Of a stretch of DNA of 64,000 bases, positions 38,758 through 48,707 are shown in pieces. The notes beneath the pieces are model-generated. The model was not told where the DNA came from, did no database searches, and was given only the letters and a program-made list of their open reading frames with translations. Each line of letters opens with the position of its first letter. The stretch's first letter is position 1. Source of the stretch: an uncultured delta proteobacterium (GTDB lineage: Bacteria > Desulfobacterota > Binatia > Binatales > Binataceae); NCBI GenBank assembly GCA_963842085.1, contig CAWJET010000001.1, forward strand, positions 1,344,001 through 1,408,000, written 5' to 3'. The translations under genes were made by a program, and so were the position numbers.

Positions 38758-39366
38758 TCAGCGGTAGTGACGCATCAGGCCGACTACGACGCCCCGAATC
38801 GCCAGGTCGCCGTCGCCCACCATAATCGGCTGCATTGCGGAATTGGCCGGCTGCAGCCGGATCTGCCCGCCCGATTCACGGTAAAACTTCTTGACGGTCG
38901 CCTCGTTGCCGATCAGTGCGACCACGGTCTCGCCGTTGTCGGCACTGTCGCGGCCCTCGACGATTATGTAATCGCCGTCGCGGATGCCGTCTTCGATCAT
39001 CGAGTCGCCCTTCACCCGCAGGCAAAATGTATTGTCGCGCCGGATGAAGTCGTCGGGCACGCTGATGGTTTCGTTGTTCTCGACCGCCTCGATCGGCGCG
39101 CCTGCCGCGACGGTGCCGAGCAATCGGATCGCCTTGGCCGCCTCATGCTTCTCCGACGCCGCGACTTCCAGCGCCCGGCTGTGATTGTGCTGGCGCTTGA
39201 TGAAACCTTTCTGCTCGAGATTGTGCAGATGCTTGTGCACGGTCGCGAGCGACGACAGCCCGAAGTATTGCCCGACTTCGGCCAGCGTGGGTGCGTAGCC
39301 GTGTTCGCTGATATAGTCGTTCAGGTAGTCGATTAGCTGCTTTTGCCGCTTGGTCAGCGTCGCCAT
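38758..39366 (-). CDS. lexA: LexA repressor
   Basis: LTKRQ..GYAPTLAE, VAAG cleavage site, GDSM, ATVK. Confidence 0.97.
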   Translation of the reverse strand: MATLTKRQKQLIDYLNDYISEHGYAPTLAEVGQYFGLSSLATVHKHLHNLEQKGFIKRQHNHSRALEVAASEKHEAAKAIRLLGTVAAGAPIEAVENNETISVPDDFIRRDNTFCLRVKGDSMIEDGIRDGDYIIVEGRDSADNGETVVALIGNEATVKKFYRESGGQIRLQPANSAMQPIMVGDGDLAIRGVVVGLMRHYR

Positions 39367-39400
39367 TGCGCTTCTCCCCTGCTCTTCCAGACGCTTTCAA

Positions 39401-39429
39401 ATGATGGCGAAAATCCGGCGAAGATGCAA
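39401..39429 (-). promoter_or_regulatory. Putative lexA sigma70 promoter with an embedded direct repeat
   Basis: Minus strand TTGCAT-17 bp-CATCAT; TTCGCC-N5-TTCGCC lies in the spacer. Confidence 0.55.
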
Positions 39430-39506
39430 GCGCAGGCAACTCGATGACTCGGGGGCGGTTTCGCCGCCTCGACGCAGCGCATAATCTCAACTACGACCCC
39501 AATCCG

Positions 39507-39881
39507 ATGGCGAAGCTGCGCATCCAATTCGAAAACGGCGACCCCGAAAAGGTAATCGAGTTCGACCCCGCCAAGGCGCCGTTTCATCACGACGGCAAGC
39601 CCGGCTCGATCCTCGACGTGATGCTGGGGCACGGAGTCCATCTCGAGCACGCCTGCGGCGGCAATTGCGCGTGCACGACCTGCCACGTGATCGTCAAGCA
39701 GGGATTCAACAAGCTTGGCGAGGCGAGCGAGCAGGAGGAGGACCTGCTCGACAAGGCGCCGGGGCTCACGCCGACGTCGCGGCTCGGATGCCAGGCTGTG
39801 ATCGAGGATGCCGACGCGGAAATCGCCGTGGTAGTCCCGCGCTACACGATTAACCAGGTCAGCGAGGCGGCTGAGGAATGA
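39507..39881 (+). CDS. [2Fe-2S] ferredoxin (adrenodoxin/ISC type)
   Basis: EHACGGNCACTTCHV..SRLGCQ. Confidence 0.93.
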   Translation: MAKLRIQFENGDPEKVIEFDPAKAPFHHDGKPGSILDVMLGHGVHLEHACGGNCACTTCHVIVKQGFNKLGEASEQEEDLLDKAPGLTPTSRLGCQAVIEDADAEIAVVVPRYTINQVSEAAEE

Positions 39882-40612
39882 CGGCCGATCCACCTCCCGC
39901 GGCTGGAGCCAGGCGCGCGACGCTGAATGCGCGCGTCGAGAGGATTTTCGATCACGCGTCGGACACGCGCTCGCTTTTTCTCTCGCTCACGAGCGGCAAG
40001 CATCTGCGATTTATGCCCGGCCAGTTCATCTCGATCACGATTCCGCTCGGCGACGAAACCCGCTCGCGTCCCTACTCGATCGCGTCGGACCCTGAAGACC
40101 GCGGCCCGTTCGAGATTTGCTTCAATCGCGTCGAGGGCGGGCGCGGGGTTGCGTGGATGTTCGAGCGGCGGGTCGGCGATACGCTCGATTTCAGCGGGCC
40201 GTTCGGCGCCTTCACGATCGAGCGCGCGCTGGAGGCGGAAGCGGGCTTTATCGCGCAGGGCACGGCGATCGCGCCGATTCGGCCGATGCTGAAGCGGGCG
40301 CTCGCCTCGTCGTCGCCGCCGAAGATCCATTTGATCTACGCGGCGCCGGATCGCGCGCACATCCTGTACGCCTCGGAACTCGAGGAACTCGCCAGGAGTG
40401 CACCGAATTTTTCGCACGAGATCGTGATCGCGCCCGGCGAAAAACTTTACGATCGTCTGTTCGAGCTGGCGCAGGCGCGATGGGTCGGCGGCGACGCCGA
40501 TCGCACGCGCCACTTCTATATCTGCGGCGTCGGCAAGGGCGTGATTCGATTGCGCGACCTGCTGCGCGGGGCAGGCTACGAACGCCGTGCCGTACACTAC
40601 GAGCAGTGGTGA
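39878..40612 (+). CDS. FAD/NAD(P)-binding oxidoreductase (FNR-like)
   Basis: PGQFI, RPYSIAS, GPFG, YICG, aromatic C-terminus; ATGA overlap with the ferredoxin. Confidence 0.88.
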   Translation: MTADPPPAAGARRATLNARVERIFDHASDTRSLFLSLTSGKHLRFMPGQFISITIPLGDETRSRPYSIASDPEDRGPFEICFNRVEGGRGVAWMFERRVGDTLDFSGPFGAFTIERALEAEAGFIAQGTAIAPIRPMLKRALASSSPPKIHLIYAAPDRAHILYASELEELARSAPNFSHEIVIAPGEKLYDRLFELAQARWVGGDADRTRHFYICGVGKGVIRLRDLLRGAGYERRAVHYEQW

Positions 40613-40615
40613 CGC

Positions 40616-41554
40616 TCACCGCTGCTGCGCGAACGCTTTCCTAAGCGCCTCAGCGGACTCCTCGAGCGCGAGCTTGCCCTTGTCGAGCACCTCGTACATC
40701 GAAAAGAATCCGTGGATCATGCCCTCGTAACGCGTAACGGTCGCGGGAACACCGGCGGCGCGCAGCTTCTCGCCGTAGGCCTCGCCCTCGTCGCGCAACG
40801 GATCGAATTCCGCCGTGATGATCAGCGCGGGCGGCAGTCCCTTGAGGCTCCTGGCCAGCGCGGGCGCGACGCGCGGATCTTTGCGGTCGGCCGCGCTGCG
40901 CAGGTAATGCTTCCAGAAATAAATCACGTCGTCCTTGGTCAGAAAATAGTCGGTGAAAGTTTTGTGCGAGTAAGTGTCGAGCTCGGCCTCGGTCGCGGGG
41001 TAGATGAGGAGCTGGAACGCGATTTTCGGGCCGCCCGCGTCGCGCGCGAGCTGTGAGACCACGGCGGACAGGTTTCCGCCCGCGCTGTCACCGCCGACGG
41101 CTAGCCGGTTCGCATCGGCGTTCAGCTCCCTGGCATGCGCGGCGACCCACTTGGTCGCGGCAAAGCAATCTTCGACGCCGGCGGGAAACTTATTTTCGGG
41201 CGCGAGCCGGTAATCGACCGACACCGTCACGCATCCGGCCTTGTTGGTGAGCGCGCGGCATGGCCCGTCGTGCGTATCGAGGCCGCAAATCACCCATCCG
41301 CCACCGTGGAAGAATACCAGCACCGGAAATGGACCCGCGCCTTCCGGAGTATAAACTCGAATCGGAATCTCGCCGGCCGGACCGGGGATTTTGCGATCCT
41401 CTACCTTGGCGACTTTTTCCGCTCGCTCTGGCGGCACTCGGAACATGCCGGCGGTCAGGCGGCGTGCGTCCGCCGGCTCGAGCGAATGCAGTTTGGGGCC
41501 AGGCGCGGCGGCGAGTTGATCCATCAAGGCCTTGGCTTGCGGGTCGAGCGGCAT
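40616..41554 (-). CDS. HSL-family alpha/beta hydrolase (esterase)
   Basis: HGGGW, GDSAGG, DPLRDEG, HGF. Confidence 0.95.
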   Translation of the reverse strand: MPLDPQAKALMDQLAAAPGPKLHSLEPADARRLTAGMFRVPPERAEKVAKVEDRKIPGPAGEIPIRVYTPEGAGPFPVLVFFHGGGWVICGLDTHDGPCRALTNKAGCVTVSVDYRLAPENKFPAGVEDCFAATKWVAAHARELNADANRLAVGGDSAGGNLSAVVSQLARDAGGPKIAFQLLIYPATEAELDTYSHKTFTDYFLTKDDVIYFWKHYLRSAADRKDPRVAPALARSLKGLPPALIITAEFDPLRDEGEAYGEKLRAAGVPATVTRYEGMIHGFFSMYEVLDKGKLALEESAEALRKAFAQQR

Positions 41555-41627
41555 GGTTTTCCTCCGAATGAAATCGTCGTGAGCATCCGCGGACGCTGTC
41601 CGCACTTTCCTTTAGACCGGAACGGTC

Positions 41628-42488
41628 TCACGGCGCAAATCTGGAAAGCAGACTGATCGAGCCCGGGTGCCCGTCGATTCGCACGCCGCGCGCAATCGCG
41701 CCCTCACGCTCAAGGCGCCGTGCCGCCACTTCTACCAGCGCAGCGTCGATGCCGAGCAACCGCGCGACCGCGCGCTCATTGCCGAACGCAGCGGTCTCGA
41801 AATATTTTGCGACGATCAAATATGCCGCCTCTTTGCGCGTGAGCGTCCGGGCCTCGGCAATCGCGTCGGGCCATCGATGCTCCATCGTGTCCCACACGTA
41901 GCTGAACGGGTCCGCGCGCTCGTCCACTTTCAGCGCGAGAAATTTCTCCTGCAGCTCGGCCATCGCCCGATCGAACACCGCGCGCCGCGACGGTTGCGCG
42001 TAGCCGCTCGCGAGCTTCAGCACGCGAGTCTCGGCCACGCCGCGCTTGGAGAGGGCGTCCATCACCAGCTTGCCGCAATGCGACAGTCCGCCGCGGAGGT
42101 ACAGCTTTCGGTAGCCGCCCGGCTCGATGCGGAGCCTGAGAAACGCGCCCAGCAACTCGCGCGCGATGAAGCTCGGGCGTCGCGCGATCACTTTGCCGTA
42201 ATAGACCGCGCGGCGCTGCGGCAGCGAGTCCTTGATCCGCCACGTCATCCCGATCGCGTAGTCGTGCTGGATGTGCTCCGGCATCGTGGGTTCGCGCGTC
42301 CCCGCGATCGCCTCGCGCAGGCAGGGCACGCCCATTCCGGCGGTGAATCCGGTGCAGAATCCGACCTCGTCGATAAATTTGAGCGCGCTTTTCTCGCCGG
42401 CCACGCGCCGCGACGCCACGCGCCGGAAGTGAAAGTCGCGATGACGCTCGAGCGCGTCGAGCATACGGCTGCGAGCTCCGTCCACCAC
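41628..42488 (-). CDS. AlkZ/HTH_42-like winged-helix protein
   Basis: ALKFIDEVGF..TWRIKDSL..YYGK..FDRAMAELQ pattern; family call by recall. Confidence 0.55.
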   Translation of the reverse strand: MVDGARSRMLDALERHRDFHFRRVASRRVAGEKSALKFIDEVGFCTGFTAGMGVPCLREAIAGTREPTMPEHIQHDYAIGMTWRIKDSLPQRRAVYYGKVIARRPSFIARELLGAFLRLRIEPGGYRKLYLRGGLSHCGKLVMDALSKRGVAETRVLKLASGYAQPSRRAVFDRAMAELQEKFLALKVDERADPFSYVWDTMEHRWPDAIAEARTLTRKEAAYLIVAKYFETAAFGNERAVARLLGIDAALVEVAARRLEREGAIARGVRIDGHPGSISLLSRFAP

Positions 42489-42602
42489 GCGCGATGGTAG
42501 CGCTGGCGCCGATGTACGGTAAACCGTCAGGAGAATACGGCGTGATGATCGTTACGAAACCGGCTATGCTGTGAGATATTGAACAGGGCGCGGCAATCGG
42601 GA

Positions 42603-42839
42603 ATGAAGACAAAGCAGAGCAGGAAGCGACCTGCGGAGGAAATAGTCTTCTCGGTCGAGGAATCGCCCGAGGGCGGTTTCGAGGCGCACGCCTTGGGGCA
42701 TTCCATTTTCACACAAGCCGACACCCCCGACCAGTTACGCGCGATGGTTCAAGACGCGGTCCGCTGCCACTTCGAAGACACTGACCGTCCTCGTGTAATT
42801 CGCCTGCATTGGGTGAAGGACGAAGTGCTTCCGGCTTGA
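42603..42839 (+). CDS. HicB-like antitoxin (short, no DNA-binding domain evident)
   Basis: EIVFSVEESPEGGFEAHALGHSIFTQADT..VQDAVRCHF; overlaps the HicA-like gene. Confidence 0.75.
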   Translation: MKTKQSRKRPAEEIVFSVEESPEGGFEAHALGHSIFTQADTPDQLRAMVQDAVRCHFEDTDRPRVIRLHWVKDEVLPA

Positions 42840-43081
42840 GACTGCCGCGCGACCTGTCGGGAGCGGAGCTCGCCCGTTTGCTTCGCCGGTACGGTTACGA
42901 AGTAAGCAGACAGACCGGCAGCCACCGTCGCCTTACCTCCACGATGATGGGAACCGAACATCGCGTGACGATTCCGGCACACAAGGATTTGAGACTCGGT
43001 ACCTTGGGATCGATCTTGAGCAACGTGGCAGACTACCTGAACAAGGATCGTGAAAATCTAGCTGACGAACTATTCGGCTGA
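42836..43081 (+). CDS. hicA: HicA-family toxin
   Basis: LPRDLSG..RQTGSH..VTIPAH..LGTLGSIL; TTG start overlaps the upstream TGA. Confidence 0.88.
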   Translation: MRLPRDLSGAELARLLRRYGYEVSRQTGSHRRLTSTMMGTEHRVTIPAHKDLRLGTLGSILSNVADYLNKDRENLADELFG

Positions 43082-43103
43082 TATGAGGGCCTCAGCCGCG
43101 CCG

Positions 43104-44426
43104 TCATCCCGGGATTCGCTCGACACAGTCTGCGAAGATTCGGCGGTAGTTGGTCTTCACGGCGAGGCCGCGCGTGATTCCCTCAAGCCCGATCAGCGCG
43201 CGAATCAAAAACACGCTGTGGGCGGGAGATTTGTACAACCGATTCTCCAGCGCAAGCTCGCCGACCTTCGCCGCCTTGCCGACCGTATCGTAGTCGAGCG
43301 GATCGACGGCGCGATCGACCCTCATCGGCTCGAACAGGATGTGAATAATTCGGACCATCGGCGCCGCATCCTGGGTGCGATCGAGATAACCCAGCTTGAC
43401 CATCGCGGCTGCCAGCGATTTGTCGTCGCCGCTCAAAATCGCGCGCGCGACTTGCAGGTTCGCCTTGCGCACCGGTTCCGGGAAGCGCCGGATCGAACCG
43501 AAGTCGAGCACGCCCAGGCGCGGATGATGACTCACCAAATAGTTGCCCGGATGAAAATCGGTGTGCAGCATCCCGAACTCGAGAATTTGCCGCCACGCGA
43601 ACTCGTGAATCTTGATCGCGACCCATTGGCGCAGCTCGAAATCGACCTCGGGACCCATCACGTCGGCCAGCGGATAGCCGTCGACGTACGTCATCGTCAG
43701 CACGCGCCGCGAACTCAGCTCCTTGACGAAGTGCGGAATCATGATTTCGGAATCCGCGCCGAGATGGCGGCCGAACTCGGTCATGTTGCGCGCTTCGTTG
43801 ACGTAGTCGAGCTCTTCGCGCAGGCGCTGCTCGAGTTCCTTGTACACCGCGGCGGTGTCGATTTGCTGGCGCATCACGTCATGGCCGAGCGCCTGCAACG
43901 TCCGCAGCAGCAATTTGAGATTCTGCAGATCCTGCTCGACGGTATCCTCGACGCCGGGGTACTGAATCTTCACCGCCACGTCTACACCTTCGCGGGTGAC
44001 GGCGCGATGCACCTGGCCGAGCGAGGCGGCGGCAAACGCGGTCTGGTCGAAACTTCTGAAGAGCGCTTCGGGCCGCCTGCCAATCTCGCGGCGAATCTGC
44101 TCGGAGATGGTCGCGTAGTTCATCGGCGGCACGCTCGATTGCGTCGCGCGGAGCACGTCGAGCGCCTCGCCCGGCAGGAGGTCCTTGCGAATCGAGAGCA
44201 TCTGGATCAGCTTCATGAACGCGCCGCGAAGCTGCTGGGAGCTCTCGACAATGCGCTGCGCGTTGCGGATGTGAGTCTCGAGCAGGTCGCGCTCGCGCGC
44301 GGGCGCGCTCAGAAACGGCCGCCGCAGTTGGTTCCACAGGTAGCTTGAGCCGACCTGCGACGCGAGCTCGCCCATCTTGATCGCGCGGCGCGCGCGCCCG
44401 CTGGTGATTGAGGTGCGTTTCGCCAT
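43104..44426 (-). CDS. ABC1/UbiB-family atypical kinase
   Basis: AAASLGQVH, VAVKIQYPG, ELDY..EA, HTDFHPGN, LDFG. Confidence 0.92.
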   Translation of the reverse strand: MAKRTSITSGRARRAIKMGELASQVGSSYLWNQLRRPFLSAPARERDLLETHIRNAQRIVESSQQLRGAFMKLIQMLSIRKDLLPGEALDVLRATQSSVPPMNYATISEQIRREIGRRPEALFRSFDQTAFAAASLGQVHRAVTREGVDVAVKIQYPGVEDTVEQDLQNLKLLLRTLQALGHDVMRQQIDTAAVYKELEQRLREELDYVNEARNMTEFGRHLGADSEIMIPHFVKELSSRRVLTMTYVDGYPLADVMGPEVDFELRQWVAIKIHEFAWRQILEFGMLHTDFHPGNYLVSHHPRLGVLDFGSIRRFPEPVRKANLQVARAILSGDDKSLAAAMVKLGYLDRTQDAAPMVRIIHILFEPMRVDRAVDPLDYDTVGKAAKVGELALENRLYKSPAHSVFLIRALIGLEGITRGLAVKTNYRRIFADCVERIPG

Positions 44427-45196
44427 CAGCGGCCGTCGCGCTCGATTCCCACCCGGTTGATCAGCGTGGCCGCCAGCGCCGCGCCGAAGCCATTGTCGAT
44501 GTTGACGACGGTTACGCCGCTCGCGCACGAATTGAGCATCCCCAGCAGCGCCGCCAGCCCGCCCATCGACGCACCGTAGCCGACGCTGGTCGGCACGGCG
44601 ATCACGGGCTTGTCCACCAACCCCGCGACGACCGAGGGCAGCGCGCCTTCCATCCCGGCGACGACGATCAGCACGCTCGCCTCGCGAATCAATTCGAGGT
44701 TCGCGGTCAGGCGATGAATTCCGGCGACACCAACGTCGTAAAAACGCGCGACGCGATTGCCGAACAGCTCGGCGCAGAGCGCGGCCTCCTCGGCGACCGG
44801 AATGTCGGAAGTGCCCGCGCTCAGCACCGTCACGACGCCGTGTCCCGACGGCTTCACGCGCTCCTTCACCACCGCCCCGATGCGCGCATCCGGATGGTAC
44901 ACCAGTGCACGAATTTTGCGCTTGACGGTTCGCGCTTTGTCCGCGTCGAGCCGCGTGATGATGAGATTCGTGCCTGACGCGAGCACGCGCCGTCCAATCG
45001 CCGCGAGCTGAGCAGCGCTCTTACCCTCGCCAAAAACCACTTCCGGAACCCCGCGCCGGACGCTGCGGTGATTGTCGAGCTTGGCGAAGCCAAGATCCTC
45101 GAACGGCAGCTCGCGGAGGTGCTTGAACGCCACCCCGGGAGTCATGCTGCCCGCGGCCACAACGTCGAGGATTTGTCGGATTCGCTTTTCGGTCAT
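44426..45196 (-). CDS. larB: LarB/CpmA (PurE-like) protein
   Basis: PEVVFGEGK, AGTSDIPVAEEA, DVGVAGIHRL, AGMEGALPS, VVNIDNGFGA. Confidence 0.93.
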   Translation of the reverse strand: MTEKRIRQILDVVAAGSMTPGVAFKHLRELPFEDLGFAKLDNHRSVRRGVPEVVFGEGKSAAQLAAIGRRVLASGTNLIITRLDADKARTVKRKIRALVYHPDARIGAVVKERVKPSGHGVVTVLSAGTSDIPVAEEAALCAELFGNRVARFYDVGVAGIHRLTANLELIREASVLIVVAGMEGALPSVVAGLVDKPVIAVPTSVGYGASMGGLAALLGMLNSCASGVTVVNIDNGFGAALAATLINRVGIERDGR

Positions 45197-46482
45197 CGCC
45201 GCTTGAGGAGCTCAGGGCGGAGCGGATGCGCAAGTGTCAGCACCAGTTCGCGGACCGCCCGTGCGTCGCTGCGCGTGACGGTGATCGTCAAATCGCCCTC
45301 GATCAATTTCTCACCGGGCTTGGGAATATGCCCGAGCCGTTCGACCACCAATCCGCCGATGGTAGCATACTCATCCGCCTCCGAAAGCTTGAGGCCGAAA
45401 CGCTCGTTCAGTTCCGTTATCGGCGCGCGTCCGAGCACGGAGAGCACGCGCGGACTGACTATCCTGGCCAACTCCTCGCCAAGGTCGTGTTCGTCCTCGA
45501 TATTGCCGACGATCTCCTCGATCAGATCTTCGAGCGTCAGAATTCCGGCCGAGCCGCCATACTCGTCGACGATCACGGCCAGATTCTCCCCGGTGCGTTG
45601 CATCGCGACCAGCGCCTCGTCGAGCGGCATCGATTCGGGAAAATAGCTGACCGGCCGCATGATGTCGCTCACCGGACGGCTGAGATCGGGCGCCTGCAGG
45701 AGATCGAAGACGTGAACGACGCCGACGATGTCGGTGATGCGACGCCGGAACACCGGGATGCGGCTGAAGCCTTCGCGGCGTACGGTTTCGATCGCGGCCG
45801 CAAGCGAGGTTTCCTCCGGCACCGCGTCAACTCCCACCAGCGGCACCATCGCCTTGCGTGCATCGGCCTGCGAGAAGCGAAAAATTCGGCTGATCATCAG
45901 CTGCTCGGCTGGCAGGATGGCGTCGAGCTGCGGTTGCTCGGCTGCGTCGCTCGGGCGCCGCCGCATCAAGCGCGCCAGGTCATCGCGGCTCAGGAACACG
46001 CTCTCGGCGTCGGCCGGCACGCCCGCAAGCCGGCGGAGCAACCTGCTCATCACGGTCTCCGCACCAAGCAGCGGCGCCAGCACGGTCGCAAGAAAACGCA
46101 GCGGCCGCGCCGCGAACAGCGCAAACGCGTGCGGATTTGCAAGCGTCAGCAGCTTCGGTATCGCCTCGCCAAGCACCAGCGTAATGGGGGTCAGCATAAA
46201 CGGCGCCAGATAAACGAGGTGCGGGCCGATTTGATGCAGGAAGCTGGTGAGCACGACCGCCGCGACCACGGTGGCGAGGTTGGTGCCGGTAAGAGTGAGC
46301 GCCAGCAAGCGATCGCGATTGGCCAGCAATTCGCCGAGCACCCGCGAGCGAGCGTGTCCCGCTTCGCTGCCGGCGCGAACTTTCAAATCGTCGGCGGAGA
46401 CCAGCGCGATCTCCGAGGCGGCGAAAAACGCCTGCACCGCAAGACATCCGATCAGCGCGACGACGAGCCAGACCACCATCAT
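45193..46482 (-). CDS. CNNM/DUF21-CBS-CorC (hemolysin-family) protein
   Basis: FFAASEIAL, GEAIPK, FSRIPV, VDEYGG, CorC tail. Confidence 0.92.
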   Translation of the reverse strand: MMVVWLVVALIGCLAVQAFFAASEIALVSADDLKVRAGSEAGHARSRVLGELLANRDRLLALTLTGTNLATVVAAVVLTSFLHQIGPHLVYLAPFMLTPITLVLGEAIPKLLTLANPHAFALFAARPLRFLATVLAPLLGAETVMSRLLRRLAGVPADAESVFLSRDDLARLMRRRPSDAAEQPQLDAILPAEQLMISRIFRFSQADARKAMVPLVGVDAVPEETSLAAAIETVRREGFSRIPVFRRRITDIVGVVHVFDLLQAPDLSRPVSDIMRPVSYFPESMPLDEALVAMQRTGENLAVIVDEYGGSAGILTLEDLIEEIVGNIEDEHDLGEELARIVSPRVLSVLGRAPITELNERFGLKLSEADEYATIGGLVVERLGHIPKPGEKLIEGDLTITVTRSDARAVRELVLTLAHPLRPELLKRR

Positions 46483-47693
46483 CGATGCAACCTCACCAGC
46501 TCGACGGCCGCGCCGCGCACGCGCTCGATGGTGGCATCGAATTCTCCGAGTCTCAGCTTCTCGCCCGCGCGCGGCACGCGTCCCAGCCTGCGCAGAATCA
46601 GGCTGCTCAGCGTCTTGCCGCCGCCATAGACTTCGATTACACGGGCCGGAGCGAGCGCATCCGCCAGCTTGCCCAGCGCGACCGCGCCCGACGCCGCCCA
46701 TTCGTCGTCGGATATCTTCGTGAGCTCGGGAACTTCGGTGTCGAACTCGTCGCGAATCTCGCCGAACAGTTCCTCGAGCAGATCTTCGAGCGTGACCAGG
46801 CCAAGCAGGCGGCCGTACTCGTTGACCACCAGCGCGATCTGGAAGCGCCCGCGGCGCATCTCGTCAAACAAATCGGCCAGCAGCTTGCCCGGCGGGATAA
46901 AATAGGCCGGCCGCACCAGGCGCTCGACGCGCGGCGGCGACGGGTCCAGGCGGCGCGCTGCGAGATCCTTGGCGTGCAGGATTCCGACAATATTGTCCTG
47001 GCTGTGGCGATAGACCGGCACCCGCGAGAAGCTTTCGTGCGCGATTTCCGCCACCAGCTGCGCCACCGGCATCTCGATGTCGAGCGAGAAAATCCGCTCC
47101 CGCGGCGTCATTACCTCGGCCGCGCGGCGCGCACCGAAGTCGAACACGCGATGAATCATCGCACGCTCGGCGGGCTCAACCTGTCCCTGGTTCTCGCCGA
47201 GCCTGAGCAGCGTCTTGAATTCAGCCTCGGAAACCGGTTCCGGGCGCGGGGCCTGCTCGAGCGGCGTGAAATGCCGCGCGAACGGATGAACGAAATCGGC
47301 GAGCACGGCCAGCGGCCGCGCCGTGAGCCACGCGAGCGCGGCCGGAAACCCAAGCGCGAAGGTCTTGGGCGTAATGTCGCAGAATAAAAGTACGATCAGC
47401 AGCATGGCCGGCGCCGCGACGATCGGGCCCCATTGGTCGCCGAGCCACGCCAGCAGAATTATCGTCGCCAGGCAGTCGGCGAAGATGTTGCAGGCTTCGT
47501 TCAGCCCGAGGATGACAATCAACGACTCGAGCGGCCGGCGCATCAGGCGGTCGAGCGCGTGCTGCACTGACAGGCTCATCTGCTCGCGCGTGTGCTCCAA
47601 TCGCGCCATCGAGAACAGCGCGGTCTCGGAGGCGGCCAGCGTGGCGCTCAGCACGATAAGGATCAGGACCGCAAGAGGCAGGATGGACATCAT
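46479..47693 (-). CDS. CNNM/DUF21-CBS-CorC protein (paralog)
   Basis: AASETALFS, DITPK, FSRVPV, LEDLLEELFGEIRDE. Confidence 0.92.
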   Translation of the reverse strand: MMSILPLAVLILIVLSATLAASETALFSMARLEHTREQMSLSVQHALDRLMRRPLESLIVILGLNEACNIFADCLATIILLAWLGDQWGPIVAAPAMLLIVLLFCDITPKTFALGFPAALAWLTARPLAVLADFVHPFARHFTPLEQAPRPEPVSEAEFKTLLRLGENQGQVEPAERAMIHRVFDFGARRAAEVMTPRERIFSLDIEMPVAQLVAEIAHESFSRVPVYRHSQDNIVGILHAKDLAARRLDPSPPRVERLVRPAYFIPPGKLLADLFDEMRRGRFQIALVVNEYGRLLGLVTLEDLLEELFGEIRDEFDTEVPELTKISDDEWAASGAVALGKLADALAPARVIEVYGGGKTLSSLILRRLGRVPRAGEKLRLGEFDATIERVRGAAVELVRLHR

Positions 47694-47702
47694 CGCTTCA
47701 AT

Positions 47703-48707
47703 CTAGCCGCGCGAGCGCAGCTGATCCCATCCTGCGACAACGGGCGCGCTATCTCCAATCACCTTCAGGCGCTTGCCCCGAACGATCCGGCCGATTCGCC
47801 GCACCCCGACACGCAAGCGGCGCGACAATGCGGCTTCGCTGTGGCCGGGCCTAGCGCAGAAGACCAGTTCGTAATCTTCGCCGCCCGTCAGCGCGTGCAC
47901 CAGATTGCCGCCCATCAGCGCACGGTACGCCGGCGAGAGCGGGATTCGAGACGTGTCGATTTCCGCGCCGACTCCGCTGCGTTCGAGGATGTGACCCAGG
48001 TCCTGCATGAGTCCGTCGCTGACGTCGATCGCAGCCGGCGCGGGCCGGAGCGCCGCCAGGCGTTGCCCGGCATACAGCCGCGCGGTCGGACGGATAAATC
48101 GCTCGACCAGATATTTCCTCGCCGCGCGATCTCTTTTCGCATTACCTCTCACCTTCAGCTTGCCGGCCAGGATGCGCCAGCCGAGCGCCGCATCGCCGAG
48201 CGTGCCGGTCACGAAGATCTCGTCGCCCGGACGCGCCGCGTCTCGTCGCATCACACCGGGTCCGACTTCGCCGAGCACAGCGATCGTGATCGACAGCTCG
48301 CGCGCGCGGGTAATATTGCCGCCCACGATGTCGGTCGCGGCTTCGCGCGCGGCATTGCGCAGACCGGCGTAGATTCCGTCGAGCGTCGATGCCGTGATTC
48401 CGTCGCGCACGGCCAGGTTCACGACGCAGGCGGTCGGATGCCCGCCCATCGCCGCGATGTCGCTCAGGTTGACCGCGAGCGCGCGCGCGCCAAGCGCTTG
48501 CGGCGGGCACCAGCGCAGATCGAAGTGGACATTTTCGACCATGCTGTCGATTGTAAACAGCGTCTGACCGCGTGGGCGTGAGATAATCGCACAATCGTCG
48601 CCGGCGCCTAGAACCGTGCGGCGGCTGAGACGGATTCCCGCGCTCAGTCGCGCGATCAGTTCGAATTCGCTCAAATGTTTGCCGGACGCGTCGGGCAGCT
48701 TGCTCAC
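47703..48707 (-). CDS. thiL: Thiamine-monophosphate kinase
   Basis: EFELI, GDDCA, VNLSDIAAMG, DVSDGL, GGEDYEL; GTG start overlaps the upstream stop. Confidence 0.95.
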   Translation of the reverse strand: MSKLPDASGKHLSEFELIARLSAGIRLSRRTVLGAGDDCAIISRPRGQTLFTIDSMVENVHFDLRWCPPQALGARALAVNLSDIAAMGGHPTACVVNLAVRDGITASTLDGIYAGLRNAAREAATDIVGGNITRARELSITIAVLGEVGPGVMRRDAARPGDEIFVTGTLGDAALGWRILAGKLKVRGNAKRDRAARKYLVERFIRPTARLYAGQRLAALRPAPAAIDVSDGLMQDLGHILERSGVGAEIDTSRIPLSPAYRALMGGNLVHALTGGEDYELVFCARPGHSEAALSRRLRVGVRRIGRIVRGKRLKVIGDSAPVVAGWDQLRSRG

